64,000 nt of DNA from assembly GCF_009914755.1 (NCBI RefSeq), contig NC_060926.1. One strand, written 5' to 3'. The translations under genes were made by a program, and so were the position numbers. The notes beneath the pieces were generated by a model. That model searched no databases and was not told where the DNA came from. It saw only the letters and a list, made by a program, of their open reading frames with translations. Shown here piece after piece: positions 42,736 through 57,565 of the stretch. This DNA is from the human T2T-CHM13v2.0 reference genome, Homo sapiens. Numbering within the stretch: position 1 is the stretch's first letter; each line of letters opens with the position of its first letter.

Positions 42736-43240
42736 CGGTAGCCCCCATTTTTCCGATGGGGATATGTTTCAAGATCCTCAGTGGATGCCTAAACCCTCGG
42801 ACAGTACCAAACCCTATATATACTATGTTTTTTCCTGAAGCTGAAAACTTTCCACCTTTTCACTTAAAGGAAGCACTTTATGGCTTCTCTTTGGCAAATC
42901 CAAATTGCCAGCATCATATACTTAATAATGCCTTTGGGGCCATTATTAAGTAAATTAAGGGACGCTTGAACACAAGCACCATGATACCTTGACAGTCTGG
43001 ATAACCAAGACGGCTACTAAGTGACTAATGGGCAGGTCGCATCCACAGTGGATACGCTGGACAAAGGTACAGTTCACATTCGGGGGTGGTGGTTCAGGAT
43101 TTCATCAAACTACTCAGAGCGGTGTGTAATTTAACACTTAGAAATTGTTTATTTTTGCCCATTTAGTATTTTCAGACTGCGGTTGACAGCGGGAACTGAA
43201 ACGGCAGAAAGCAAAACTGCAGATAAGGGGGAGCTGCTAT
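42736..43240 (-). mobile_element. MER44-like TcMar-Tigger DNA transposon
   Basis: Ends cggtagcccccattttccg / gcagataagggggagctgct, internal gactgcggttgacagcgggaactgaaac, TA flanks. Confidence 0.8.
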
Positions 43241-43299
43241 ATTAGCTCCGTTTTCTCTGAAGGCCATGCACCATCAACTTCATTCTCTACTGTTACTGA

Positions 43300-43669
<370 letters not shown>

Positions 43670-43847
43670 CCTATTGTATATTCTAAAACTACCACACCAT
43701 CATCAATACCAATTTTTTCTGATTATTGTTTCTGGTGTTTCTACGTATTAGGAACAAGAAGGAAGGAAGCTTCCTGTATTGGCCCAGTTCACCATCTTAA
43801 CAGGAAGCACTTCATACTACAGTTAAATGTCCATTCTATAATGTTCT

Positions 43848-46259
43848 TTTTTTTTTTTTTTTTTTTTTTATTTTTATTGATCATTCTTGGGTGTTTCTCG
43901 CAGAGGGGGATTTGGCAGGGTCATAGGACAATAGTGGAGGGAAGGTCAGCAGATAAACAAGTGAACAAAGGTCTCTGGTTTTCCTAGGCAGAGGACCCTG
44001 CGGCCTTCCGCAGTGTTTGTGTCCCTGGGTACTTAAGATTAGGGAGTGGTGATGACTCTTAACGAGCATGCTGCCTTCAAGCATCTGTTTAACAAAGCAC
44101 ATCTTGCACCGCCCTTAATCCATTTAACCCTGAGTGGACACAGCACATGTTTCAGAGAGCACAGGGTTGGGGATAAGGTCACAGATCAACAGGATCCCAA
44201 GGCAGAAGAATTTTTCTTAGTACAGAACAAAATGAAAAGTCTCCCATGTCTACTTCTATCCACACAGACCCGGCAACCATCCGATTTCTCAATTTTTTCC
44301 CCACCCTTCCCGCCTTTCTATTCCACAAAACCGCCATTGTCATCATGGCCCATCCCCAATGAGCCGCTGGGCACACCTCCCAGACGGGGTCGTGGCCGGG
44401 CAGAGGGGCTCCTCACTTCCCAGTAGGGGCGGCCCGGCAGAAGTGCCCCTCACCTCCCAGATGGGGCGGCTGGCCGGGCGGGGGGCTGACCCCCCCACCG
44501 CCCTCCCGGACGGGGCGGCTGGCCAGGCAGAGGGGCTCCTCACTTCCCAGTAGGGGCGGCCAGGCAGAGGCGCCCCTCACCTCCTGGATAGGGCGGCTGG
44601 CCGGGCGGGGGGCTGTTCCCCCCACCTCCCTCCCGGACGGGGCGGCTGGCCGGGCAGAGGGGTCCTCACTTCCCAGTAGGGGCGGCCGGGCAGAGGCGCC
44701 CCTCACCTCCCGGACGGGGCGGCTGGCCAGGCAGGGGGCTGATCCCCCCACCTCCCTCCCGGACGGGGCGGCTGGCCGGGCGGGGGGCTGACCCCCCCCA
44801 CCTCCCTCCCGGACGGGGCGGCTGGCCGGGCAGGGGGCTGACCCCCCCTCCCCCCTCCCGGACGGGGCGGCTGGCCGGGCGGGGGGCTGCCCCCCCACCT
44901 CCCTCCCGGATGGGGCGGCTGGCCAGGCGGGGGGCTGACCCCCCCACCTCCCTCCTGGGCGGGGCGGCTGGCCGGGCAGAGGGGCTCCTCACTTCCCAGT
45001 AGGGGCGGCCGGGCAGAGGCGCCCCTCACCTCCCGGACGGGGCGGCTGGCCAGGCGGGGGGCTGACCCTCCACCTCCCTCCCGGACTGGGCGGCTGGCCG
45101 GACGGGGGGTTGACCCCCCCACCTCCCTCCTGGATGGGGCGACTGGCCGGGCAGAGGGGCTCCTCACTTCCCAGTAGGGGCGGCCGGGCAGAGGAGCCCC
45201 TCACCTCCCGGCCGGGGCGGCTGGCCGGGCAGAGGGGCTCCTCACTTCCCAGTAGGGGCGGCCGGGCAGAGGAGCCCCTCACCTCCCGGACGGGGCGGCT
45301 GGCCGGGCGGGGGGCTGACCCCCCCCACCTCCCTCCCGGACGGGGTGGCTGCCGGGCGGAGACGCTCCTCACTTCCCAGACGGGGTGGTTGCCAGACGGA
45401 GGGGCTCCTCACTTCTCAGACGGGGCGGTTGCCAGGCAGAGGGTTTCCTCACTTCTCAGACGGAGCGGCCGGGCAGAGACACTCCTCACCTCCCAGACAG
45501 GGTTGCGGCCCCGCAGAGGCGCTCCTCACATCCCAGACAGGGCGGTGGGGCAGAGGTGCTCCCCACATCTCAGACGATGGGCGGCCGGGCAGAGACGCTC
45601 CTCACTTCCTAGATGGGATGGCGGCGGGGAAGAGGCGCTTCTCGCTTCCTAGATGGGATGGCGGCCGGGCAGAGACGCTCCTCACTTTCCACACTGGGCA
45701 GCCAGGCAGAGGGGCTCCTCATATCCCAGACGATGGGTGGCCAAGCAGAGACGCTCCTCACTTCCCAGACGGGGTGGCGGCCGGGCAGAGGCTGCAATCT
45801 CGGCTCTTTGGGAGGCCAAGGCAGGCGGCTGGGAGGTGGTTGTAGCGAGCCGAGATCACGCCACTGCACTCCAGCCTGGGCACCATTGAGCACTGAGTGA
45901 ACGAGACTCCATCTGCAATCCCGGCACCTCGGGAGGCCGAGGCTGGCGGATCACTCGCGGTTAGGAGCTGGAGACCAGCCCGGCCAACACAGCGAAACCC
46001 CATCTCCACCAAAAAAAAACGAAAACCAGTCAGGCGTGGCGGCGCGCGCCTGCAATCGCAGGCACTCGGCAGGCTGAGGCAGGAGAATCAGGCAGGGAGG
46101 TTGCAGTGAGCCGAGATGGCAGCAGTACCGTCCAGCTTTGGCTCGGCATGAGAGGGAGAGGGAGACGGGAGAGGGAGAGGGAGACGGGAGAGGGAGAGGG
46201 AGACGGGAGAGGGAGAGGGAGACGGGAGAGGGAGAGGGAGACGGGAGAGGGAGAGGGAG
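43848..46259 (-). mobile_element. Full-length SVA retrotransposon (SVA_E-like), sense to OLA1
   Basis: On the minus strand: CCCTCT hexamer head 46151-46259, Alu-like domain ~45790-46150, GC-rich VNTR ~44370-45790, SINE-R ~43870-44370, AATAAA 43873-43878 and poly(A) 43848-43869. TSD CTATAATGTTCT at 43836-43847 and 46260-46271. The subfamily is inferred from gagccaaagctggacggtac, recalled as E-type. Confidence 0.97.
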
Positions 46260-47497
46260 CTATAATGTTCTAATACAATATCTTTCAAACTTTTTTTTTG
46301 ACCACACCCCCTAGTAAAAAATAGATTTTACACTTTGACTCAAACATATGGTATACAGACATATTATTTTCACACACATTATAAAGGGAACAGAGAAATC
46401 CCAGTAGTGCTATTTGATATTTTGCATAAAATCCAAAACCAAATTCTTGCAACTTAAAACACAACCCTGAAATAGTTTTCTCCAGCATACGTTAATAAGA
46501 AACTTATTGTATTATTTTCCCCACCTCATGCCTTTCTAACCTTTCAACTACCTCTAGCCACTCAAATTCTGATTATAATTTCTGAAAATCCTTTAAAGAT
46601 GGGTCAATCCAATAATAAAGCCAAGTTATATTACCATTTATGGCATCTTTGTTGATATACATTAGGACATTCTCAAATCTGATTTTTTTAATATCAAAGT
46701 ATACTTAAAATATATTTTTAAATGTTACATATGGTATTATTAGACATTTACAAACACCTTATATAGTTACCTGTTTGAACTTACATCTTCACTTTAAAAA
46801 TAAATCAACAGTGATATCTTGCTTCTCTAATTGTATATAACTGGTGTCAAGAACCACATCTCAATATACACAAAATGATGCAACTTACATAAAAGAGGCT
46901 CCAGGGCTGGTTAATTAAGTAACGTAGCATCATTCAGTCATTAAGGACTTGGCTTTTACTAAGCTAGCTCCCCTCATGTTGTCCATGGTATGGATGTACC
47001 ATTAATCCAGGGGGTTCTGTTAAACACTGATGTCATTTCTACTTTTCTCCCTTGAAGGTTTACACTCATTTCTATTACAACTGCTCAGAGTCCCAAAGCA
47101 TGACTTCAAGATATCAGAGTCCTCTTTACCACTTTCCAAATAAGATTACTATAAATTAATGTCAGTTTATAGTATTAACCTGTAAACCTGTTATAGCAGG
47201 TTTATAACCTGCACTAAAATCAATACCACAAACAATATACAAACTAAAATATGTCATAAATAATATTCTTTCAAAGTCAAAATTCCAAAATTCTCAACTC
47301 TTCAAAATTCTTTGAATAAAATTATTAAAATTCAATACATCTTTACTTTTATTTTACTTCTGCTTATAACCATTTTCTGAATGGAGGTTATTAAGGAAGT
47401 CTGTGGTGAAAATAAGGAGAAAGAAGAAATACCAAAAAAGTAAATTCTAGTTTAACTAATGTTTGAAAGTCTAATCCCTCTTCTAAAAGAGAGCTAA

Positions 47498-47649
47498 GGC
47501 CGGGCTTGGTGGTTCATGCCTATAATCCCAGCACTTTGGGAGGCTGAGGCGGGAGGACTGCTTGAGCCCAGGAGTTCAAGGCTACAGTGAGCTATAAGAG
47601 CACAATCATACTCCAGCCTGGATGACAGAGTGAAACCCTGTCTCAAAAA

Positions 47650-47684
<35 letters not shown>

Positions 47685-47685
47685 A
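47498..47685 (+). mobile_element. Monomeric AluJ/FRAM-like element with (AAAT)n tail
   Basis: Left-arm start (ccagcactttgggagg) runs into a right-arm end (gctacagtgagctat...ctccagcctgg). Confidence 0.85.
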
Positions 47686-47814
47686 GCTCCATCTTCCATA
47701 CATGTAAGAGACTTCAAGTTTCAATGTTCTTGTCTGACTTCACGGAGTTGTACAGAATAACATAATTGCAACTTTGCTACGCAAAGTGTGATCATATCAC
47801 TTGAGTGTGTGATA

Positions 47815-48085
47815 GAAATGCAGGAATCTTAGCTGGTCATGGTGGTTCACACATGTAGTCCTAGCTACTTGGGAGGCTGAGGCAGGAGGATCCCTTGAGC
47901 CCAGGAGTTGGAGGCTACAGTGAGCTATGATCCTGCCTGGCCAAATGAGTGAGACCTCATCAAAAAGAAAAGAAAAAAGAATAAAAGGAAATGCAGAATC
48001 TTGAACCCCACCTCAGATCAGAATCTGCACTTTAACAAGCTCCCTGGGTGATTCATATGCATGTTAAACTTTCAGAAGCACTGAA
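47815..48085 (+). mobile_element. MER5A fragment interrupted by a FAM/FRAM-like monomer (47830-47985)
   Basis: TSD-like GAAATGCAG(G)AATCTT, and MER5A text atcagaatctgcactttaacaagctccctgggtgattc...agaagcactg. Confidence 0.75.
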
Positions 48086-48373
48086 CTAAAGGACTTTGAA
48101 AATAAACGCACATGAACTGAAAGTACAAAAATGTCTGAGATAACTATGCAGACCAACTGATAAACTAGAGGCAGATATTGACTACCTATACTGCTGATAG
48201 TGGAGAACAGTAAGGATAGGAAAATTCCTGCTTATATTTCCCAGGTTCAAAACCAGAAAAGGAAAATGTCACCAAAATTTCAGGAAGTATAAGGAAAATG
48301 TTTGCTCTGAATCCTCTGCAATGTCAAAGAAGTCTCAGATTCACATTACTATGGTCAACAGTGTCTTACTTTA

Positions 48374-48689
<316 letters not shown>

Positions 48690-50370
48690 GGACATAATTA
48701 TGCTTTTCTTATCCTAATAACCTCAATACCTGGGGAAACATCTGTAGTAAGTTAGCTTTGGAGTCTAGATTCAGAATATAAGAAGTGATTCCAGCACAGA
48801 GGACTGTGAAATCTAAATTTATATCAAGTGAAAGATACATTACCACAAGTTGTTCCCTATGAGAACCTCACAGAACTACTGGCTGAAAAACCCCATTCAT
48901 TTTAGTGACTATAATAAGACAGCATGTGTGTGTGTATGTGTAAGAAAATAAATTCTAGAGAAATGGCCATTTCTTTTGCAGCATATAAAAATTGGATTTC
49001 AGACTTTCTGTTTTGAGGATTAACGCACTTTCTGATTCCAGTGATAACTGGAAGACTACCACAAAATTGAAATGACGAGTGTTACAACAGGCAGGCAACC
49101 TTAAAAGCAAATTAGAATGTTTAGCAAAAAGGCTCCACTTAAAAAAAGTTCTTTACAATGAATGAATAAACAGGTGGAAAGAAAACATTAGGGTAAATTC
49201 TAATTAGTTTGAGTTAATCATAGTTCCCCATTCTCCAGCTGGCAAACGGTTTGAGGGGGCATGTGAACCAGTTCTAATCAAAGGAGCCAATGGAGTTTGT
49301 GGGAAGGCCTGCTAAGAGACTTTAGGAAAAAGAACCAAAAGGCTCCTCTGGCTCTTAAAAAGAGAACAGAAGAGGCTCTCTGGTGGAGACTATTTTGGAT
49401 TTCATCCTTGGAACTCTAGTGGCCATTTTGTGACCGTAAGAAGGGAAGTGGGGAAAGATGGGAAAACCCTTGTTCTTGAAATCATAGGAACACTTAATTA
49501 ACCAACCCAGGAGACAAACTACCTCGGGTCTTAGGTACTGGGATTATAATATTTGTAGCTGAAGGCATCCCGATACTGATAATGATGACATTTAGGTTTA
49601 TTTTCAAGTAAGTATATAACTGTAGCTCCTCTTAACTGGTCTAACTCTAATTTGTTCTTTAAGATAAGAATCTCCTTGAGAGCCTTCCCTGAACTCCCAT
49701 GTGGGCCAGAGCTATCACCACATTCCACTGTATACTATAATATTGCCCATAGTTTTCTGTTTATCTCTTCACACTATAGAAAACAATTTCTTGAGGTCGG
49801 AGACTGTGGCTTTACTCCCTATTGTATCCACAGAAATCTCCTAGCACAATGCCTGGCACATAGTGGGTGCTCAAATATTTTCTAAATAGATAATAAGGGG
49901 GAAAGAGTCTCAGCTAATACCTAGCTGAGTGACTCCAGGTGGTTATTTAACATCTCTTAGCTTTAATATACTCATCTGCAAACTGGTCTAGATAAGTAGT
50001 TTTCAACCTCTTCTGAGTTCTGTAAAAGGATTTCCCAATGTGGAAGGAAGAGAAAGGGCAGGGAGAACAAGGGAAGAAGGGACAGTGAGGTTTTGGATTT
50101 TCCACTCTTGCATTTTAACCAGAAATGCTTCATTTTTATATGATGGGTTTCTGCGTAAGATTTTATCTGAAGATTTTATGTCATCATCTGTTTTATCTGT
50201 TGTTTTTAATGACTCTAAAGTTCACTGGTTAAATTATCTCTTTCAGATGGAAAATTCTGTAACTTTATGGCATATGCCAGAAATTAAACAAGTACAAGTG
50301 CTGAAATCTTCAGGTACTTCATTCAGATTTCTGCTTAAATGTTACTTTTTAACATCTTTTAAAAAATAGC

Positions 50371-50950
<580 letters not shown>

Positions 50951-51128
50951 TTATTGACCAGTTATTGAGCCAAGGAACTTTTCGATTATTTTGTACACTG
51001 CAGTAAATCTCCAGCACCACCTATAATAGTGCTTGGCATAAGCAGATGCTCAGTAAATGTTGGATCAGTGAATATGAATAAATTGAGTTGAAACTTAATC
51101 TAAAAAAGACTAGGTAAAAGAACATTTA

Positions 51129-51425
<297 letters not shown>

Positions 51426-51918
51426 TCAGAGAAGCATGTATTATTCTTACATACCTTATCTACTTGTCTTCTACCAGAGTCAACCTTCAGAAATTAATAT
51501 GCTTGTTTAGTTTAGAAATTAGTATGCTTGTTTTTTAGCTGGAACTGTGAAGTGAAAATCACAACAGGACCTGGGGAGGCATATCTGATTGCTATAAGGC
51601 TATATATAAAAAAATCATAGTACAGTGGGGTTATTTTCATTCCCAGGTTATATCTGTTGCTTGACCTACTACAATTCAAGTCTGAACCGTCAAGCTACTA
51701 ACCACCTCAAGGTTCACTGTGAATGTACAAAACAAGCACCTCAAACTTTTAGATCATTCCCGAATCTCCGGCTTCTTACTCTGCTTCAAGGCTACTAAGA
51801 CTTGTGTTCAGACTAAGTGGTCTCCAGCAGGTTACATTTTTGAAACTTTAAAGCAGTTTTTCTCAAAATATCGTTTGTGAACAACCTGTGAATCCAGGCT
51901 TTACAAAAAAAGCTAAAT

Positions 51919-52290
51919 TGGCTGGGTGCAATGGCTCACGCCTGTAATCCCAGCATTTTGGGGATTTGGTGGGAAGATGGCTTGGGCCCAGGAATTCAAG
52001 AATAGCCTGAGCAACATAGTGAGACCCCATCTCTATGAATAAAAAATAAAATAAAATAAAATAATAAAAAAATTAGCCAGGCATGGTGGTGAGCACCTAT
52101 AGTCAAGCCACCCAGGAGGTTGAGGTGGGAGGATCACTTGAACCCAGGAGAGGCTGCAGTGACCCATGATTGCACCGCTGCACTGCACTACAGCCTGGGT
52201 GACAGAAGAAGACCTCTTCTCAAAAAAAAAAACCAAACAAACCACCAACCAACCAACCAATCAAACACCGCCACCACCAACAAAAAAACA
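51919..52290 (+). mobile_element. AluJo-like SINE with (CAAC)n-degenerated tail
   Basis: J-type dimer with an expanded A-rich linker, flanked by CTAAATT. Confidence 0.9.
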
Positions 52291-52969
52291 ACTAAATTTA
52301 CGATCTCTAGAAGCAAGGAATATGCATTTAACTCTTACAACACTTTGTACTCGGACGTCTGAAAATCACTATTTTTTAATCTGTATCTATTCCTTGTAAT
52401 TTTATATTCTGGTTGTAAACATCGCACATGGAAACATTCTGTAATTATAGTTGTCACGAGATATGAAGCCAATATTTGTATCTAGAGACTGTGAAACTCA
52501 GTTAGCTACAAGAAAATTTCCCAACCCTATATTATGTTCCTATATACAAGATAAACTTATATCTGGCCATGAGGCCGCAGGATAAACTATCTCTCTTTTC
52601 CATTTTTGTTCAAAGAGGACAACAACAATAGGCTGATGTAGTTTATAATCAAAATATAAGTTTATAGGGAGAGCCACAAATCTTGATTTAACTACCACTA
52701 CATATCATTTTCTTAGAATGTGATCAGAGATGGAACTTCCATATCCAAACTATTTATGAAGATGGAAGAAAGTCAAAAGAATCCCTCTGATATACCGGGA
52801 TAGATGAGGAGAGGATGCTGAGACTAGAGAGGGCCTGCATCACAGCATGTGTGGCCCAGTGGTACATAAGGAAGAAACACTACCTTAAAGAAGACAAAAA
52901 CGTCAGTAGAGTCTTTCTGAGACTGGCTGAAACTGCAGGGTCTACAAATGACACAAACTAAACTGAGAC

Positions 52970-55192
52970 AGAAATATATTTAACAAAAGAAGTGTAAGAC
53001 TCTTACATGGAAAAAGACAAAGCATCACTGAAAGAGATTAGAGAGCTAAGTAAATGGAAAGACATCCATGTGAGTAAACTGAAAGACTTAATCTTAACAT
53101 GGCAACGTTCCTCAAACAGATCTACAGATTCAATGCAATTCTTTTCAAAATCCCGGATTTTTTCCCCCAGAAACTGACAAGTCAATCCTAAAATTCATAT
53201 GAAAATGCAAGGGCCAAGAATAGCCAAAACAATCCTGAAAAAGAACAAAGTCGCAGGGCTTAACCTCCCCTCTTTTAAAACTGACTATATAACTACAGTA
53301 CTCAAGACTCGGCAGCACTGGCACGAGACTAGACGTAAAGATCCGTGGAAGAGAATTGGGAGTCCAGAAATAAATCCATACACTTATGGTCAACTGATTT
53401 TTTAAAAAATTGGGGTAAAGAACACTTGCATTTACTATCTTAACACTTGTAAATTTACCAAGTATACAGTTCAACAGTGCTAACTCTATTTACATTGTTG
53501 TGCAACGGCTCTACAGAACTTTTTCATCTTGTAGATCTAAAACTCTATAGCCATTGAATAACACCTTCCTGTTCCCCTGGCAACCACTATTCTATTTCTG
53601 TTTTTATGAGTTTGACTACTTTAGAAACTGCACATAAGTGGAATCATATAGTATTTGTCTTTTTGTGACTGGCTTATTTCAGTTAGCATAATGTCCTCAA
53701 GGTTCATTCATGTTTTAGCATGTGACATGATTTCCTTAATTTTAAAGCTGAAAAATATTCTATTGTTTGTATGTCTATACTACATTTTCTTTATCCATTC
53801 ACTTATTGATGGATATTTGGGTTGCTTCTATCGCTAGCTGTTGTAAATAATGCTGTAATGAACATGGGTGTGCAAATATCTCTTCAAGCCCCTGCTTTCA
53901 ATTCTTTAGGATATTTACCCAGAAGTGGGCTTGCTGGATCACATAGTAATTCTATGCTTAGCTTTTTGAGGAACCATCAAACTGTTTTCCATAGTGGCTG
54001 CATCACCTTTTACATTCCTACCAGTACTGCACAAGGGTTCTAATTTCTCCACATCTTTGCCAGCACTTGTTATTTCCTGTTTTTTTTTTTTTTTTTTTTT
54101 TTTTTGTTGTTGTTTTTATAGTGGCTTCCCAATGGGTGTGGGATGATGTCTCATTGTGGTTTTGATTTGCATTTCTCTTATGATTACTGACGTTGTGCAT
54201 CTTTTCATGCTTGTTGGCCACTTGTATATCTTCTTTGGAGAAATGTCTACTCAAGTCCTCCGCTCTTGTTTTTAATTGGATAGGTTGTTTGTTGTAAAGT
54301 TTATTTGTGGTTAATTGATTTTTGACAAAGGTACCAAAACAATTCAATGGGTAAAGAAGAGTCAACAAATGGTGCTTAGACAACTGGATATCCACATACA
54401 AAAATTAAAATGGACCAAAGATCTAAATGTAAGAGTTAAAAAGTAAAAAGTTTATGTAACAAAAGATACTATCAAGAAAGTGAAAAGGCAGTCCACAGAA
54501 TGGGATAAAATATTTGGAAGTCATACATATGACAGAGGTCCAGTATCCAGAATATATAAAGAACTCTTATAACTCAACGATAAAAAGACAGAAATTAAGT
54601 TTAAAAATAGGCAAATAATTTGAATAGACAGGTCTCCCTGGAGAATATATAATAACAACAACAATATTATATAGCAATAAACATAAAAATATAATAATAT
54701 AGCAATAAACATAATAAAAAGATGTTCATCATTAGTCATTACAAGAATGTAAATCAAAACCACAGTGAGATACCACTTCACATCTACTAGGATGATTATA
54801 ATTAAGAAGACAGACAATAAGTAGTATATCCATACAACAGAATATTATTCAGCAATAAAAAGAAATGAGGTACTGATACACACTACAACATGGGTGAACG
54901 TTGAAAACACTATGCTAGACACAAAAGGCCACATATTGTGTGATTCAATTTATGTGAAATAGCCTCAATAGGCAAATCCAAAGAGACTGAAAGTAGGTTA
55001 GTGGTTACCAGGGATTAGGTTGGAGAGGCAATGGGAAATGCTTGTTAATAGGCATGGGTTTCATTTTTGGGGTGATGAAAATGTTCTGGAATTAGTGATA
55101 GGGACACAACAATGTGAATATACTAAAAACCACTGAATTGTGTGCTTTAAAAGGGAGAATTTTGTGTATGTGAATTATATCTAAAAAATAAA
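52970..55192 (+). mobile_element. Old L1M (L1MB-like) ORF2/3' region, interrupted by a nested antisense L1
   Basis: ORF 53199-53405 (PRIAKTILKKNKVAGLNLPSFKTDY...) is degenerate L1 ORF2. The 3' UTR motifs ggggtgatgaaaatgttctgga...tgtgaattatatct lie at ~55070-55185. Confidence 0.88.
53404..54300 (-). mobile_element. Nested 5'-truncated L1MA/L1MB 3' end
   Basis: Antisense L1 3' text (tgtgactggcttatttcagttagcataatgtcctcaaggttcat; acccagaagtgggcttgctggatca), flanked by degenerate TSD TGGT(C/T)AA(C/T)TGATTTTT. Confidence 0.85.
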
Positions 55193-55299
55193 ACCCCAAA
55201 AGTAAACTGAGAGCTAATCTAAAGATTACAAAACAGAAATGCTAATATTCCCCACATTATGATCATATGACGTCTGACCTTCCTTTGGAAATAGTATGG

Positions 55300-55530
55300 G
55301 CCAATAGAAAAAGCAGAGATTTTGGAGTAAGGTGAGTATCAATTCAAATTACAGCTCAATTACATACTAGCTATAAGATCCTGGGGAAGCCATTTAAGCC
55401 TCCCCAGCCTCAGTTTAATCACATGTAACTAAAATAATACCTACCCTCACAGGTGGATGTTAGGATTAAAATCCCTTGAATATAGGAGGCCTGCACACAG
55501 TAGCCCCCAGTTTTAACTGTCTGCTGTCAG
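55300..55530 (+). mobile_element. MIR SINE
   Basis: gccatttaagcctccccagcctcagtttaatcacatgtaa...aataatacctaccctcacagg. Confidence 0.7.
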
Positions 55531-55625
55531 TGAGTGGGTCATTCTCAATAGTTACTGTAGAGTTAAAAATACTGTTATATTGCCTATGAATAAAGAATGG
55601 GAGCTCTTTTGAAAAATCAGGTCTT

Positions 55626-55937
<312 letters not shown>

Positions 55938-56270
55938 TCAGGTCTTTATTTCTGAGAAGTCTTGCCTAACTGAATATTTATAGATAGGGAGGTAACTGGA
56001 AGGGAAAGAATTCAAGCACAATGACTGGAAAAATACATTTAAGCAACTATGTGTATTAATAAGCATTATGCTGGATCTTGAGGATGCAACTTTGAAAAAG
56101 GAGTGTAGGGGATGGGAAAGGAAAGCAATATATTTAATAGTCTTTTCAGTGACATACATAAAACTTTTTTAGGTTAAATTCAGTTAGAACAAGAAAAACA
56201 GAAAAGGAAAGGTTTTTGTTCATAACAGAGCTGGGATTCTGTGGGGCCAGTAAGAAAGTGAGAAACTCCT

Positions 56271-56492
56271 GGCTGGGTGCAGTGGCTCATGCTTGTAATC
56301 CTAGCACTTTGGGAGGCCGAGGTGGGTGGATCACTTGGGGCCAGGAGTCTGAGACCAGCCTGTAATCCCAGCTACTTGGGAGGCTGAGGCATAGAACCTG
56401 GGTGGTGGAGGTTGCACAGAGCTGAGATCACGCCATTGCACTCCAGCCTGGGCGACAGAGTGAGACTGTCTCAAAAAAAGAAAAAAAAAAAA
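56271..56492 (+). mobile_element. AluS with internal deletion
   Basis: gagaccagcctg joins directly to taatcccagctac (GCCTG microhomology), followed by poly(A). Confidence 0.88.
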
Positions 56493-57339
56493 AGAAAGTA
56501 AGACACTTGCAAGGGAAAGATAAATGTGGATGCGTATGACAGAACCCACTTGCACAGACATCCCTTCCCAAGTGGATCTTTCTTCCTGAAGTTGTTCTTA
56601 ATTCATCCTCTGGAGGATGCTTCCTTATTCTAATAAAAGAGTCCATTCCATGATCCCATTTATCCAAATCGTCTCACTATTTACCATGTGGGGTATATGT
56701 AGTTTCATAAAGGAGTAGACACTGAAGGATACAAAGCCAAGGCAAACAGTCATTGTAAAAAAGGGAAAGTCACTGTTTCTGGATCTTTAGAGAAAAGGAA
56801 TTTGAGCACAGGGGAGAAACAAGAAGCACTAAAAAAGGACTGGTGGCTCTTATTCAAGCTTTAATAGTTACAAAGTTTCAATAGTTTAGTTACAAATAGG
56901 CACGTGAAACAATTCCTATTGACATATATTTTCAGTGGAACCATGTTAGATGAGAAATAAAATATTTTGGGAAAAACATTTACTCTATATACTTTTCCCT
57001 ACGAGCAGTACGCATGCAACCTGTGGCAAAACTTTCAGCTGCTTCTGAAAGACTTATTCTTTCTTAAAGAAATGTTTATTTTAACATAATTTGGTGTTTA
57101 CGGTCTTATACAAAGTGCCACTGGCTTAATGGAATATTCTGACATGAGAAAAGGAAGGATCGGGAAATGTGTGAGTAGAATCATACCCACCAAAATTTGT
57201 AGTTGGCTTCATAGCTTATAGTTTTACAAAAAGAATTTTACAAAAAGAATTTTTGTAAATAAAATACAAGAGTTAATTTAATTTCATTAAAGAAATTCTA
57301 TAATTAAAGAACTCCCACAAGCAACCTGTTTGCAAAGGA

Positions 57340-57565
57340 GGTAGTATGGAATATGGTTATAGAACACTGGGGCCAGACAAGGGGGATACGGGCCATGCCA
57401 TGGAACTTTCTAAAGTCTCAGTTTTCTCACCTATAAATGGAGGTAATAATAGTAGCTACTTCAGAGGGTTATGATGAAGATTAAATAAGGACGTACACAG
57501 AAAATGCTTAGCATGGTATCTGATACAAGGTAAATGCTCAACATGTATTAGCTATTATTATTATT
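57340..57565 (+). mobile_element. MIR SINE
   Basis: tctcagttttctcacctataaatggaggtaataatagtagctacttcagagggttatgatgaagattaaat. Confidence 0.82.

Noticed and set aside
44370-45790. Repeat-spacer-like array that might suggest CRISPR or a genic CpG island
   Set aside because: It is the SVA VNTR: the units are variants of each other with no unique spacers, in a eukaryotic context.
43881-46288. Many overlapping Pro/Gly/Arg-rich ORFs (up to 180 aa)
   Set aside because: They are products of the GC-rich SVA VNTR, Alu-like and SINE-R sequence, not genes.
57222-57259. 14-bp duplication plus hairpin (tttacaaaaa-gaa-tttttgtaaa); similar micro-duplications at 9510-9559 and ~51490-51533
   Set aside because: Ordinary replication-slippage products with no further evidence of function.
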